Shown here piece after piece: positions 24,331-36,100 of a stretch of DNA of 64,000 nucleotides. Each line of letters starts with the position of its first letter. Position 1 is the stretch's first letter. Under the pieces are notes generated by a model. The model did no database searches and had not been told where the DNA came from. It was given only the letters and a program-made list of their open reading frames with translations. The position numbers and the translations under genes were made by a program. Source of the DNA: Diplonema japonicum (lineage: Eukaryota > Protista > Euglenozoa: Diplonemea); assembly GCA_964019335.1 (NCBI GenBank), contig OZ025688.1:496001-560000 (forward strand), given 5' to 3'.

Positions 24331-26361
24331 ATGTACGATTTTGCAACATTCGGTAAGGTGCCAACCATTGTTGTGCAGGATGGTGGTGCAGAGGTGGCAT
24401 TCGTACCAAGTCTTACACTGCCAGAGGGGTTCAAGATAGATTACGACTTAGAGGAAGACGACGATGAGGAGGACATGGGAAATGTTGAAGGTAACCTCAC
24501 GCAGTACACTCTCGATCTTCTATTCGCAAGGACTAAAGCCCAGCTGTTGTTGGATGGCAACGCTGTGCCACTGCAGGAGGCCTCCTCCGAGAAGTACTGG
24601 GGCAAAGTGCTAGCCATTTCAGGCCCATTAGCAGAAAAGCAGAATGAACGCACATCCGCTGCCAGAATGCGCCGCACAAAGCTTGTAGCCAAGCAGCTCA
24701 CCATCGCCAAGGAACGCTGGTCTTCGTGGTGCAAACAAGCAGCTGCTAAGCCCACCAAGCTGGCGCCCCTCCACCCCTCCGAAAAAAAGCCCACCACTGT
24801 TCACCGTGCTTTCAAATCGCGTACGCCCCCTCCCATTGATTTCAGCCAGCACGCCACCCTCCCCCTCGTCCGTGTCATTGCCTCTGATGGCACCGAGCAC
24901 AACTTCATGGTCAACCTTGCTTTCAAATCCGAGAGGCTCAAAGGAACCCTTACGGCCTACAACATCGGCACCATCTTCAAACTGTTGGGGCCCTTCAGGC
25001 TGACCACGTCCTCAGGCGCACCAGTTCCTTACAACGAGGTCGAGAACTGCTTCGAGGCGGGGCTGTGGGAGCTGCTCGATGGGCCGCTCACCTTGGAAGG
25101 GACGCCAAAGACCATCCCTGCTGATCCGAAGCAAGCCACCAATAAATTGGGACAAATGCAAGCAGCGAAGACTCGTGTGCTCCAGACTCTCGCCATTGCC
25201 AAGTCAGAAGCTGAGGCAACGTACCTATCATGGAGCAAGGTCAATGCGATGAATGCACCACGCACCGCACCTGCCGAACCGGCAGTGCAAGCTGAGGTCA
25301 AGCCAGTTGTCAGTGTTGCATCAGTCCTCAGGTCGCCGCCACCCGCGCTTCAAAAGCAAGCTCAGAGCCACAGCGAGAAAGCAGAGGAACAAGCTCCGTC
25401 GCAAAGGCAGGGACACCCCCGCACCCATGTGGACTCGCAGGACGTGCTAGCCTTAGAACAGGAAGGTCGTGGAGAGACGGCACCGCAGAAAGCTCAGCTG
25501 CCCAGCATGAAGCAACAGTCGTCGCAAAACGAGTCCAAACAGCCGCAGGTGCCGAAGGTCGCAGACACAAAGCTCAAAGCAAAGACACCGACACAGTTCC
25601 CCCAAGTCGGCTCGCAAACCGCGAAGCCAAAGGCACAGGTGAAAGAAGAAGCGCCGTCGGTGTCTCGTGTAAAAGAGCAGTCGCAGATGAAGTCCCGCCC
25701 GCCGCCGTCGCAAGCAACTAAGCCCCCCGATGCACAAAAGAAGGTCCTCCATGGTAGAAGAACTACAGTGCAGAGCAAGGCAAGTGCGCCGATGAGAACC
25801 ACCGTGGCCCAAGCTAGTGCAGCGAGCAGGCCGAGTAGCAGTAGCAGTGGCAGTACAAGGGTGATCCCGAAAACCGCCAAGGCGGTGCCGAGTGCAAAGC
25901 TGAAGAAGCCAGAAGTTCGCACGTCCAAAAGGAAGGCGGTAGAGCCTGCGGTTCAAGCACCTCCTGCACCTGCACCCGCACCGATGGACTCAGCATCAGC
26001 ACATCACAGCGACAGCACAAGGCTAGATGGTGTCGGAGGGATAAGTAGACCTACTGCCCTAATCGCACCACTTGTTAGTAACCCTGAGACTGATCGTGCC
26101 ATCGCGAGGGAGATAGCACAGCAAGAACGGGAGATGATTGGTAATACTGACCGCAACATAGCACAAGAGCTGGCCAGGCAGGAGGCCGACTTCGCTTCTA
26201 GCAGTGATATGGAGCTTGCACGTAGTCTTGCAGCAGATCACGATCGTCGCACAGCACGCACTACTCCTCCTCCTCGCGCACGGCCTTCTGTGTACCGCAC
26301 TGGCGCTGATGAGGACGAAGCCCTCGCACGCGCCCTATATGCTTCACAGCATGATTTTTAG
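24331..26361 (+). CDS. Low-complexity protein with C-terminal UIM/MIU-like repeats
   Basis: Four DxxI/LAxxL/I repeats (DRAIAREIAQQE, DRNIAQELARQE, DMELARSLAAD, DEALARALYAS); ATG follows a TACAG acceptor. Confidence 0.7.
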   Translation: MYDFATFGKVPTIVVQDGGAEVAFVPSLTLPEGFKIDYDLEEDDDEEDMGNVEGNLTQYTLDLLFARTKAQLLLDGNAVPLQEASSEKYWGKVLAISGPLAEKQNERTSAARMRRTKLVAKQLTIAKERWSSWCKQAAAKPTKLAPLHPSEKKPTTVHRAFKSRTPPPIDFSQHATLPLVRVIASDGTEHNFMVNLAFKSERLKGTLTAYNIGTIFKLLGPFRLTTSSGAPVPYNEVENCFEAGLWELLDGPLTLEGTPKTIPADPKQATNKLGQMQAAKTRVLQTLAIAKSEAEATYLSWSKVNAMNAPRTAPAEPAVQAEVKPVVSVASVLRSPPPALQKQAQSHSEKAEEQAPSQRQGHPRTHVDSQDVLALEQEGRGETAPQKAQLPSMKQQSSQNESKQPQVPKVADTKLKAKTPTQFPQVGSQTAKPKAQVKEEAPSVSRVKEQSQMKSRPPPSQATKPPDAQKKVLHGRRTTVQSKASAPMRTTVAQASAASRPSSSSSGSTRVIPKTAKAVPSAKLKKPEVRTSKRKAVEPAVQAPPAPAPAPMDSASAHHSDSTRLDGVGGISRPTALIAPLVSNPETDRAIAREIAQQEREMIGNTDRNIAQELARQEADFASSSDMELARSLAADHDRRTARTTPPPRARPSVYRTGADEDEALARALYASQHDF

Positions 26362-26671
26362 TTTACATAAGTCTTAAATGTAGGGAATAGATGCAAGTAG
26401 TGAATGAGAACAAGGTGGCGTCTCACAAAGACTTCCTTTAGCTCATAAATAAGTTGTAACTTCTAGCCCTAGCCTATAACCGCTTAGTGACAAACCGCTT
26501 TCTGCGGCTGTCATAATACTTCAACTTGTGGTTCTTGTGTCCTGTTGTAAAATATACTTCAAAGGCACTCAAGGTTCTTCAATTTGTTCCGACCCCCCCC
26601 CCCCCCCCCCCCTTGTCTTATCGTCTTGAAGGTTGTACTTCGCCGCAATTATCACATCACAGGGCAGCAAA

Positions 26672-28663
26672 ATGGACCAAAGAAAGCTCGTGACGGTGAT
26701 ACTCGTCGTGTGCATTGTCCTTGCGCTGATGCAAAACACTATGCCCACAAGGTCAAGGAATGACTTATCAGACAGAGGTTTTTACAACCAGCAGCTCATC
26801 AGGCAAGGGACCACTCAGGTGAATATTCGGCTGGTGGACACCTCCCCCAAAGTGAGCACACTGGAGACCCAGAAACCTGCACCCAAGGTGAGCACTGTAA
26901 ACTGCGAGGACTGGTCGTATGCTGCATGTCCCTCGAAAACCTGCCCCAGCAACCCTTCAACATTTTGTTCTTGGGACTACACCAAGGCGGCCTGCTCCTG
27001 TATGTCGGAAGCGGAAAAGAAAGAGTACGAAGAGCAGAAGAAGCAGTTGAAGGCGCAGCGGGTAGAGCACCGACAGGAGGTGATCACGAAGGCGATTGCA
27101 GAGGAGCGCAAGAGACAGAAGGCAGCTGATGCCATGCGGGAGGCCGCAAAAAAAAATCAGCCCCCCACCCCTCCACCTGTCGTAGTGGAGGAACCTGTAG
27201 TACCTGTGGTGCGACACCTGCAGCCCGCGTCTCTAACGGAGCCCACGCCGTTTGGCTCTTTAGATCCTGCTAAGCACCACTGGTTCCTTGGTGCATGCAC
27301 CGTGACGGCAAACTCTGGACAGTTCCTCAGGGAATGGATCGAGCTACAGCACCTTGCGGGGGTCGGGCACGTGTGGGTCATTAATGACAACGAGAACGGA
27401 AAGGACATGGAAACAACCATCGTGCTGAAGGAGTACGAAGATAAAGGCTTCGTCACTGTAGTGCCCGGAAGGGCTTTGAACAAAATGGATGCGTGCAAAC
27501 ACAAAGAACTCGAATGGCTGGAGGCAGAGTGCATCTCCCCGAAGATGTGCTACCAGCATGTGCACCAGTATGTGGACTGGTTCGTCATGATCGACACCGA
27601 CGAGTTCATGTACCCCACCATCGGGTGCAGCCTTGACGACCATGTGCGGAACCACTGCGACCCCTTCCAGCCGTTTGTACTACTCAGGTGGGAGCGATTC
27701 GGGTCTTCTGGTTGGAAAAACTACCCTGAAGGGATCATAATAGAGAACTTCCTGTCGTCGGGTGGAGACTGCTCGGACCACCACTTGTTGCAGTGTGACA
27801 AGAATCCCTTCGACTACTGCTTGGAGTGCAGGCACACAAAGGTGATGTACAATACGAAGCATTGCGTCGACGAAGAACACGTGGGGTGGACGCACACACC
27901 TGTCAACACGACCGCCTGGAAGAACGACCCTGTCTCGAATGGGTTCATCAAGAGCAATGGGGTGACCTCCAACTGGAAGACGCCTATCTGCAACGACCAC
28001 AACAGAGACTTCCACATCGACGCCGAACGCTGCAAGAGATGGCTGACGGAAGGTGGAGGGAAAAAGGTACCGATACGGCCTTCGAAAGATTGCTGCGCTG
28101 CAGGGTTTGGGTACAACCATTATGGGATTAAGAACGAAAAGAGCTGGGCTAACAAGTTGAAGACGTGGACACGGAGGGGGTACAAGCCTTTGCAGAACGA
28201 GGGCATCAATCTGAACACAACGGTGAGCTCGTCGGTGTTGAGGTTCCTGAGGCATATGAGAAAGGGTTTCATGAAGGCAGGAGAAGCGGTTTCAGAGAAC
28301 ACAAAATTCATTGACTTTGAAGACGAAGATGAACAGAAGACGTGTTTCAGCGAGAAGGGGTTCAAGTACACCCCCAACAAAGAGTCGGGAACCATTAAAC
28401 AGTCGACCGAAGCGACGAGCGCAGCGGAGTGCTGCAGGGAGTGCTGGAAGACCGCAACAAAGTCGCATAAATGTGGCGGGTGGACATTCGGCACCGAGGA
28501 AGCGTCCTGCATTCTTCTCCTAGCGTCTAAGACCGTTGTCCATGATGGCGTTGACACGGGTCGTACGAGGTTCCCAAGCAGCTTACTCCCGGCCCTTCGA
28601 ACCCACGCGAAAGGCTTTACTTCAGGCATTCCTCTCTACGACGGTGAGTGTAGCATGCCGTAG
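26672..28663 (+). CDS. Type II membrane glycosyltransferase (GT92/GT2-like) with C-terminal PAN/apple-like domain
   Basis: Signal anchor; FLREWIELQHLAGVGHVWVINDN; WFVMIDTDEF (DxD); SAAECCRECW...CGGWTF...CILL. Confidence 0.78.
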   Translation: MDQRKLVTVILVVCIVLALMQNTMPTRSRNDLSDRGFYNQQLIRQGTTQVNIRLVDTSPKVSTLETQKPAPKVSTVNCEDWSYAACPSKTCPSNPSTFCSWDYTKAACSCMSEAEKKEYEEQKKQLKAQRVEHRQEVITKAIAEERKRQKAADAMREAAKKNQPPTPPPVVVEEPVVPVVRHLQPASLTEPTPFGSLDPAKHHWFLGACTVTANSGQFLREWIELQHLAGVGHVWVINDNENGKDMETTIVLKEYEDKGFVTVVPGRALNKMDACKHKELEWLEAECISPKMCYQHVHQYVDWFVMIDTDEFMYPTIGCSLDDHVRNHCDPFQPFVLLRWERFGSSGWKNYPEGIIIENFLSSGGDCSDHHLLQCDKNPFDYCLECRHTKVMYNTKHCVDEEHVGWTHTPVNTTAWKNDPVSNGFIKSNGVTSNWKTPICNDHNRDFHIDAERCKRWLTEGGGKKVPIRPSKDCCAAGFGYNHYGIKNEKSWANKLKTWTRRGYKPLQNEGINLNTTVSSSVLRFLRHMRKGFMKAGEAVSENTKFIDFEDEDEQKTCFSEKGFKYTPNKESGTIKQSTEATSAAECCRECWKTATKSHKCGGWTFGTEEASCILLLASKTVVHDGVDTGRTRFPSSLLPALRTHAKGFTSGIPLYDGECSMP

Positions 28664-29561
28664 ATTTCCGCAGATTGCGATATTCCTGCAAAGCACCGTT
28701 TGCTGCTACTCCGGGCAGCCAGCCACCTTCCGCCTAAACGCCAGGGCTTCGTGCGTTTGGGTTTTTGTTTTTTTTTTTAGGTCCACGTTCACCCTGATTT
28801 TTTAAACCCCCCACCCCCCTTTGTTCCGATGATAGTGTTGTGAAAGTGTCGATATTTTTTTTTTTTGATAAGGGGAAATGATCCTGGCCTTTTGGACTCT
28901 TGTTGGATAGTGCTTGGATAGAGAATGGCCCATGGTTGCAGTGTATGTTCAGTTTTTTCTCTCCCCCTCCCATACCAAAAAAAAAAAAGAAAAAGGAAGG
29001 GAAAGAAAAGTTAATTTCAATGCGCAGGGTAGCGTTCCCGTTATTATTCATAAGCATGCACCCGATGAAAGATTATATTTAAGCACCTCTGTGTATACAA
29101 AGACCTATTACAAAGACCTGTTGTGAAATGCTTTTTTTTAATATGGTTCTTGCGGAAAGAAGGAAAAGAAGAGAGGGGCAACTTTGACTAATTACCCCCC
29201 CCCCCACTTTTTAAGCTTTGTACCCCCTCCCTGTCACATGTCATTTGCGAGAATAGTCACCATGTGACCAAGGTCTGGTTGTTCATTTGCCCGAATCTTC
29301 TTCTTCTGTTTTCTTCTTTCTTTTTTGCCGTTGTTATTGCATTCCCTTCCCCCGATGTTCCCATCAGATCGAAATCTGAAAAAGAAAAAAGAGAAAGAAA
29401 CATAAAGAGAGGTACCGAAAAAGAACAAGACTGACAGGAGGATGCTTTGTAATCCCCCCCACCCCCTCTTTTTTTTTTTAATGAACAATGCGAGGCAATG
29501 TGTTTTCTTATATTCTGTTAATGTTCTTCTCTCTCTACAGCACCTCACCATCAGGCATCAG

Positions 29562-30923
29562 ATGCCCGTACCGGTAAGCCATGGTACTGTTAAGCCGGCT
29601 ATGTTTAATGCGCTTGTGAGCGGCAGTGGTGGAGGTGTCATTGATGACCTGATGAGACGGGCGACAAGCAGAAGCGGCAGTGCCAGTGACATGTACCCAT
29701 CTGTGCCCTCTGTCGCCTCGCCTTCTGTGAGCAGTGTTCCAAGGAAGCGCGTGAGCGTCAGCTTTAAAGAAGACGCAGACCTCAGCCACGACAACGACTA
29801 CGACCTGTACAGAGGGGCGTCAAAGCCCATTGAGGCTGGTGAGGTCACGAAGAAGGAGGAGGTAGAGGAGGAGGAGGAGGAGGAGGTAGAAACCGTCAAG
29901 AGCGGCACGTTAAAAATGCTCTGCAGAGAGATCGATAGCCTTCAGAAGGAGCTTGTGGGTAAAGACAGGGAGTGTACCGAAGCTCATGAAAAGTACGAGA
30001 GCCTCCTCACAAGAAACCTATTAGCCGTCGAGGGGCATGGTGGCGTTTCAATGGTTCTGCGCCAGACCGTCCCCCTCCAAGAACAGGTCGAAGCCGCACG
30101 CTCCGAGATCGCCTCACTCCAAAGTGACAGAGAAGCCCTCCAGAAGGAGATCCAGAAGCTACGGAAGCATGACTCTCGGCAACAGCAGCAGATTGCAAAC
30201 CTTGAGAACGAGCTCAGCTCAACACGAAGTAATGAAACAAGCTTGATAGATCACTTGAAGTTGGAGGTCAAAGAGCTTAAAGCGTCTCTCTCTGAAGCCA
30301 CACTGGCCTACACAGACCTGGTGGCGAAGAAATGCACAACTCATTTCTCAACCGTCGGTTGTAATACCACAGAAACAGGCCCTGTCACGTCGCGAGAGCT
30401 GGAGCTCATTCAGGAGATGAGACAGCTCAAGCAAGAACACGAAAGCCCAGCAAGCGCAGGTGTCACACCTGCAGAATTGGCGAGTTTGCTGGAAACTGTA
30501 CGGCAGGATTTGGACACACAGCTGCTGGATCTGAGGCAGAACCTCATAGCGCACCATGTGGAAGGGCAGATGAAGTTGAAAGCTGACACGGCGAAGAGGC
30601 TATCGGAGCTCACATCAGGCGTGGAGGAGCAACTAATATATTTGCACCACACCGCGGCACTGCAAAAAGAGTACGGTTTGCAAGTAAGTTCTGTAGCCGA
30701 TCTGGAGAAGGAGATAGACCACCTGCAGACAACGCGGAAGGAGAAGGAACAGCAGCTCAGAGGGCTCCAGAGAAGCGTAAGCCCCACCCCCCATCTGCGG
30801 CCCAACGCCTCACCCTCGCACCATTTGACAGGAGAGATGTCGTCGCTGCTGAGCTCTCTTCGGAGATCGACGCAGTGCAGAGCCACGCCTCCCAATATCG
30901 TAGGTGATTCTGTATTTGTGTGA
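29562..30923 (+). CDS. Coiled-coil protein, unknown function
   Basis: Long ORF with heptad patterns; ATG 29562 lies downstream of a CTACAG acceptor. Confidence 0.7.
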   Translation: MPVPVSHGTVKPAMFNALVSGSGGGVIDDLMRRATSRSGSASDMYPSVPSVASPSVSSVPRKRVSVSFKEDADLSHDNDYDLYRGASKPIEAGEVTKKEEVEEEEEEEVETVKSGTLKMLCREIDSLQKELVGKDRECTEAHEKYESLLTRNLLAVEGHGGVSMVLRQTVPLQEQVEAARSEIASLQSDREALQKEIQKLRKHDSRQQQQIANLENELSSTRSNETSLIDHLKLEVKELKASLSEATLAYTDLVAKKCTTHFSTVGCNTTETGPVTSRELELIQEMRQLKQEHESPASAGVTPAELASLLETVRQDLDTQLLDLRQNLIAHHVEGQMKLKADTAKRLSELTSGVEEQLIYLHHTAALQKEYGLQVSSVADLEKEIDHLQTTRKEKEQQLRGLQRSVSPTPHLRPNASPSHHLTGEMSSLLSSLRRSTQCRATPPNIVGDSVFV

Positions 30924-30993
30924 AGCAATTAGAATTTAGATTAATAGTAGCATTATTGTCTTGCCTTATTTGTTTATCACACAACAGTTGCTC

Positions 30994-33114
30994 ATGTCCA
31001 GCAAGGAAATACCTTTGTCGCCGCGTACGAAGAAAATATGGCATCGGCAGAACTTGGCCGACGCCGGCAGGATGGAGCCATCACTGAAACCCAGCGATGA
31101 GCTGCTGAGTGGAGAGATGAACGTAGAGAAGGCAGAAGAATTGCGTTCACACGCGCTAGCAGCGGAAGTGGATGGCTGCAATGAAAATGCCTTGGTTTGG
31201 TACCAAAAAGAAATGCGTGTGTGGATGCACCTCATGCTTGAGCTTGGAAAAGACGACGACGACATCCCACCACTGTTTCGAACATATCTCATGGAATTCT
31301 TGAGGTGCAGCGAAGGGGTCAGCAGGTGCTACGCGCTCGAAGGCAACGAGGACATGGTGATAAAGATCAACAAGATGGCCTTGGGACATGCAGAAGCAAT
31401 ACAAGGCGACCAACCAGTAGTGGCAGGCATCAAAGTACACATCGGCGATAGTTATTCGATTTTCGCTATGTCCTGTGAAGAGGAACGTGAGAGTCTCATG
31501 AACGAGCCCGAGGACTCCCTCCGCAGGCGGCAGATGACAGGTGATGAGTGGCGGCTGAAGATTGTAAACACAGCGGACAGACGAGATGAATATGTGAGGC
31601 AGGCTCGTGAATACTACAGCGACGCAGCTGTGAGCTTTAAGGTACACAATTCATTAACAGACAAGGATGTCTTTAATAGCCACATCACACACTGTTTGGC
31701 GAAGATAGCAGAGGGTTACAGCTTGTCGGAGAACATTGATATGGCGCAGCATTATCGCGACAAGGCCAGCGAGAACTTCAGCTATTCGAGCAGCAGAGAG
31801 AAGCGTGCTGCATGGGACCACACGCAGCCATACACATCGGGGTTTGACCACGCACTGTACGACGAAGAGCTCCTTGAGGGCGACAGGAAGCGGATGACAA
31901 CAATAACATCGTGTGTCGGTGGCTACCTGAACCAGGACAATGTGGTGTACAAACACAACACGTGGGTGCCGACTGTGCATGATGTGCACGATATTCTGCT
32001 ACTCAGTAATCTAGACGAGACGCTGGCCGCAACGGTGAATAACGCATCACGGTTCATGGACCTCTTAGGGAAAGGCGATGGCGAGTGGAGAACTGTAGTC
32101 AAAGCTTATCCCCTTCTCGCCTATATAGGCATTGTGGAGGACATGCCCTCAGCTGTAGTTATTGCTGCGTCGTCATACACGCAGCTCATCGTCAAGCACA
32201 CCTTGAGTACTGAGTTCCAGTACCATGAGCATTTGCACGTGTGGAGCAATCTGAGTGAGAGGGAGATCGCCAAGTGTCACGGAAACGATTGGGAAAAGAA
32301 GCGACATCCCTTCCGTCTCCCATTGATCGAGGCCATCAGGAGTGAAAACATCACTGCTGTCATACTGCTGCTGGATCTAGGGTCCTCGCCACTGGCATGT
32401 TCGCCTCATGACATGATTGCAGCGCTACCCTCGGCTATGGAAACAAATAACGAAGATATCATGAAGTTGTTGCTGCAGGTGCAAAATGTGAAGCTCGATT
32501 GGGAGCCGCCTTACGAGCTGGAATCAATGCGGAAAGGTGTGGACATGAACAGCGTTGTGTCGTGTGTTGAAGTTGCGGAGGAAAAGAAGAAGATGAGCTT
32601 GTCTAAAATACCGTTTGATCTGCTTTGGTTTCTTGTCGTAAACCTTCCAAAGAAGAAGGCGTTAAAATGGTACGACCAACACCAACGCATGTTCCTAACA
32701 GTGCTTAACGGCAGGCCTGATTCAGCAAAACTGATTTCAGAGATATTCAACAAGTTGCTCTTCGAAAGAATCACAGAGGCCATTGCAACGGGTCTCAGCA
32801 TGAACCTTCTGACAGTGGTACCTGTGCTCTCGGATCTTGTGACTCATGCTGAAAAAATACGTACGATATGCTTCTGCAATGACACACCTCTAATCAAGCT
32901 GCTTTTGACTTGCAGTGTAGACATCAATAGCAAGTACAACAACCGCCCTATCGTGTCGTACCACCTTGAGAAGGGCAACACGGACATTGTTAAGTACATC
33001 TGTGACACCTTCACAGGTGACAACGGCCTCGACGAGTCGATGCTCACACAGGAAGAGCGAGACATGCTCGACAAGGTGAGCGACAAGTGGGGATTGAGTC
33101 TTGTAGAGACATGA
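30994..33114 (+). CDS. Helical repeat protein (TPR-like N-half, ankyrin-like C-half)
   Basis: LPLIEAIRSENITAVILLLDLGSSP, ALPSAMETNNEDIMKLLL and HLEKGNTDIVKYI resemble ankyrin repeats. Confidence 0.7.
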   Translation: MSSKEIPLSPRTKKIWHRQNLADAGRMEPSLKPSDELLSGEMNVEKAEELRSHALAAEVDGCNENALVWYQKEMRVWMHLMLELGKDDDDIPPLFRTYLMEFLRCSEGVSRCYALEGNEDMVIKINKMALGHAEAIQGDQPVVAGIKVHIGDSYSIFAMSCEEERESLMNEPEDSLRRRQMTGDEWRLKIVNTADRRDEYVRQAREYYSDAAVSFKVHNSLTDKDVFNSHITHCLAKIAEGYSLSENIDMAQHYRDKASENFSYSSSREKRAAWDHTQPYTSGFDHALYDEELLEGDRKRMTTITSCVGGYLNQDNVVYKHNTWVPTVHDVHDILLLSNLDETLAATVNNASRFMDLLGKGDGEWRTVVKAYPLLAYIGIVEDMPSAVVIAASSYTQLIVKHTLSTEFQYHEHLHVWSNLSEREIAKCHGNDWEKKRHPFRLPLIEAIRSENITAVILLLDLGSSPLACSPHDMIAALPSAMETNNEDIMKLLLQVQNVKLDWEPPYELESMRKGVDMNSVVSCVEVAEEKKKMSLSKIPFDLLWFLVVNLPKKKALKWYDQHQRMFLTVLNGRPDSAKLISEIFNKLLFERITEAIATGLSMNLLTVVPVLSDLVTHAEKIRTICFCNDTPLIKLLLTCSVDINSKYNNRPIVSYHLEKGNTDIVKYICDTFTGDNGLDESMLTQEERDMLDKVSDKWGLSLVET

Positions 33115-33152
33115 TGCTTACGTCGACTACGTACCGCAGATGACACACTAAT

Positions 33153-36100
33153 ATGTTGTGCAAAGAGACGCTGCACCACACACTGTGTGGGTCCCTCCCG
33201 CCCCACGAACGATGGGATGTCATGGACTGGATCAAGGGCACACGGGTGAAGGAATGTGTACCGTTGGTTACAGAAAGCACCCAAGAGAAACTACGGGAGG
33301 TGCCTGCCATTACGGTATCATGTCCTGAGAGTGACGCATCTGAGGGTGTGGACGAAGGACAGGAAGCTGCGAAGATGCTGCTGTCGATGTACGACACGGG
33401 CGAGCTCACAGGGCATGATCTGAGAATGAGGAAGCTCGCCGCACCTTTCAGGGCTTCGAATGATCTACCACAGGACGATGAAAGAAGGTGGTGGGGAGAG
33501 GCGAAGGGTTTCACTATTGCTTTGGTGCAGACATTCGGGGAAAGAATGCAAGAAGTGGAGCAATTGTTTAAGAGATTCCCGCATGGGATGCACGTTCACA
33601 AGTTCGTGTCAATCATGCTAGACGTCGTACGGAGGGTGCAGCGGGGGCAGGCACTGCCATTGGTTGAAGAGGACGGTAAGAACGTACGTGCTTACTGTAA
33701 CTCAACACGTGAGACGGAGCAGGACTTGGTGAACGAATGGGTGAGAATGCGGGCGAAGCAACGTAGCCATGTTCACAGCATTGACTACATGCAGTCTAAT
33801 AGCGTGCTCGAATGGTTTCTTGCCGACCTGTTCTGTGCCATCGACCACCACGGCAAGTGCAGCGTCACATGGTCCGACTTCAACGCCTACGTTATCGACG
33901 TCACGATGCAAGGCAAGGAAAGCTACTACGAAGAGACGCCGATCGAGCCTTACACACGCAGCACCATCGAAGCGGACCTGTGCGACACCAAGAAGGTGAT
34001 CTACCACGGTGGGCTCGATAGGATGGTGTTCGTCACTGGAGACAACCATTGCAACCTCGTCTCCCCCAGCTTCAAGATCATTCAAGAGTACCCGATAAAA
34101 CCTTCATACGGTAATGTACTTGACGTGACATTCATAGCAGGCACGCAGTGCAGATTGGCAGCTGCGACCAGCGACTGTGTGGTACGTCTGTTTGACATCT
34201 CTTCGAGGCAATTCCTTTGCAGCGAGACATTTGGCGTGTCACAGACTGCGCTCCATTGGTGCGAGCGGGAATCCTTTCTGTATTCTGGAAATAGAAACGG
34301 CAAGATATCGTGCCTACGACTGACTGACGACGACAAACGGTGCCACGTGACAGAGACGATCTGCAGCCACCAGAGCACAACGACGGCAATGCTTACACTT
34401 CCCGACTCACAGCTTGTGTCTGCATCTCTGGAGCGTGATATCAAAATTTACAACCCTGCCACACACCAAGAGGCAGCGGCGCTGCGTGGCCACAAGCACG
34501 GAGTCTTCAGCTTGTCCTTCTCTCCTCTTTACAACTTTATTGCGTCATCAGGCTTTGAGCCGCAGCCTTTTCTGTGGGTTCCTAATGCGTCGAACTCGAA
34601 GCCCTTCATCCTGCAGGATCACGACCCGCACACGGCACGGATAGTAAAGGTGCATATGGTTATGGGCACACCACAGCTGTTAACGATGGACCTTAAAGGT
34701 ATACTGAAGGTGTGGGATGTGAGAACACTTAAGGTTCACTCAACTATTTCGTGTTCCGAGGGAGGCTGCAAAGTGCAGGACTTCATGCACTACGACAGGA
34801 GGAACATGGTCATTCCGTGCGGTGGGGTGAGTGCCAAGAAAGACCATATGGCGGTTCTCCGGCAGAATCTAGTTGGGAGAGGCACCAGACCTGTGGTAGC
34901 TGTCGTGATACTAAATAGCATCAAGGCGTTCCTGACTTGTTCCGGGGGCGATGGGTTGCTATGGGATGCTCACAAGGGGCACTTACTCAAGATATTGTTC
35001 TCCTGTTGCGATAAAGTATGCTCGGTGTGCGTCCCGCCATCTGAGTTGCGAGTGTTCATAGGCACCTGTGCGGGTGCCATCATGGTGTATGGCATTGAGG
35101 GCGTCTTCTTGAAGAGGATTGTCGCGCACACAGGCCCTGTTATCTCTCTACTGTACATAAACAGCATAGAGGCTGTCCTTTCGATGGAGAAGAACGGCGG
35201 GCCCTCGGTGGTGTCTCACGACTTGTACTCCAAGAAGCTCGGGAATGGGAAGATCCGAATCGATGCAAAATGTGCTGCCTACTGCGCAAGGATGGACCTA
35301 CTGCTGATTGGTGAGGCTGTAAATGTAGTCTCGGTGTGGGACTATCGCCAAGGGAAGCTGTTCATGCGGTGTGTAAACTACCCATGTGACGCCCAGGTGA
35401 CAAGTGTGTTAGTCGGGAAGGACGACGAAGTGTTTATCTCCGCAGACAGCAGTGGTGGGTTCAACATGTACAACTTCTCTGGAGACAAGCTGGCCAGCTG
35501 GGTGAACAACAATACTGACACAGCATACACACCAGCTATCATTGACATGCAGTACTTTGCAATGTACAACTTCCTATACTGTTGTGATACTAGTGGCTGC
35601 ATTCTCATCTATGAGCTCGATCCTCCGCAACAGCACGTACCGCAGTTCTATTCATCTGTGTTCGCGAACCCGAAACGGGGTCCCAACGCAACTAATGATA
35701 CAGTTAAAGAAGAGACGCAGCCCCTCCGTACACCCCCTAGGCTCATCTGGTACTGGAAAGGGCACAAGGGTCCTTGCAACGTGGTCCAGATATGGGTGCC
35801 ACCCACGGTTGGAGTAATGTGCGTTACGACAAGTGGTGATGATGCGGAGGTGCGGATATGGAGCATGTGGGGCAGACTGCTAGGTACGCTATCGATAAAA
35901 ACGGAGCACGAGAACGCTGTCGCAGTGCACCCGAAAGAAGTGCACTCTAAGCTAGTTGAAGGGACTGCTGTCCCAGCCCTGAGGTACCCAATGATGACGG
36001 GTCCTCTTGCTGGGTCACTGTGTGGCCTGTTTGGACTCGAGGAGCCACATCCTCAGGCCTACAACGACATCCCTCTGCCCTGGGGGGAGCAAGGGTCTGT

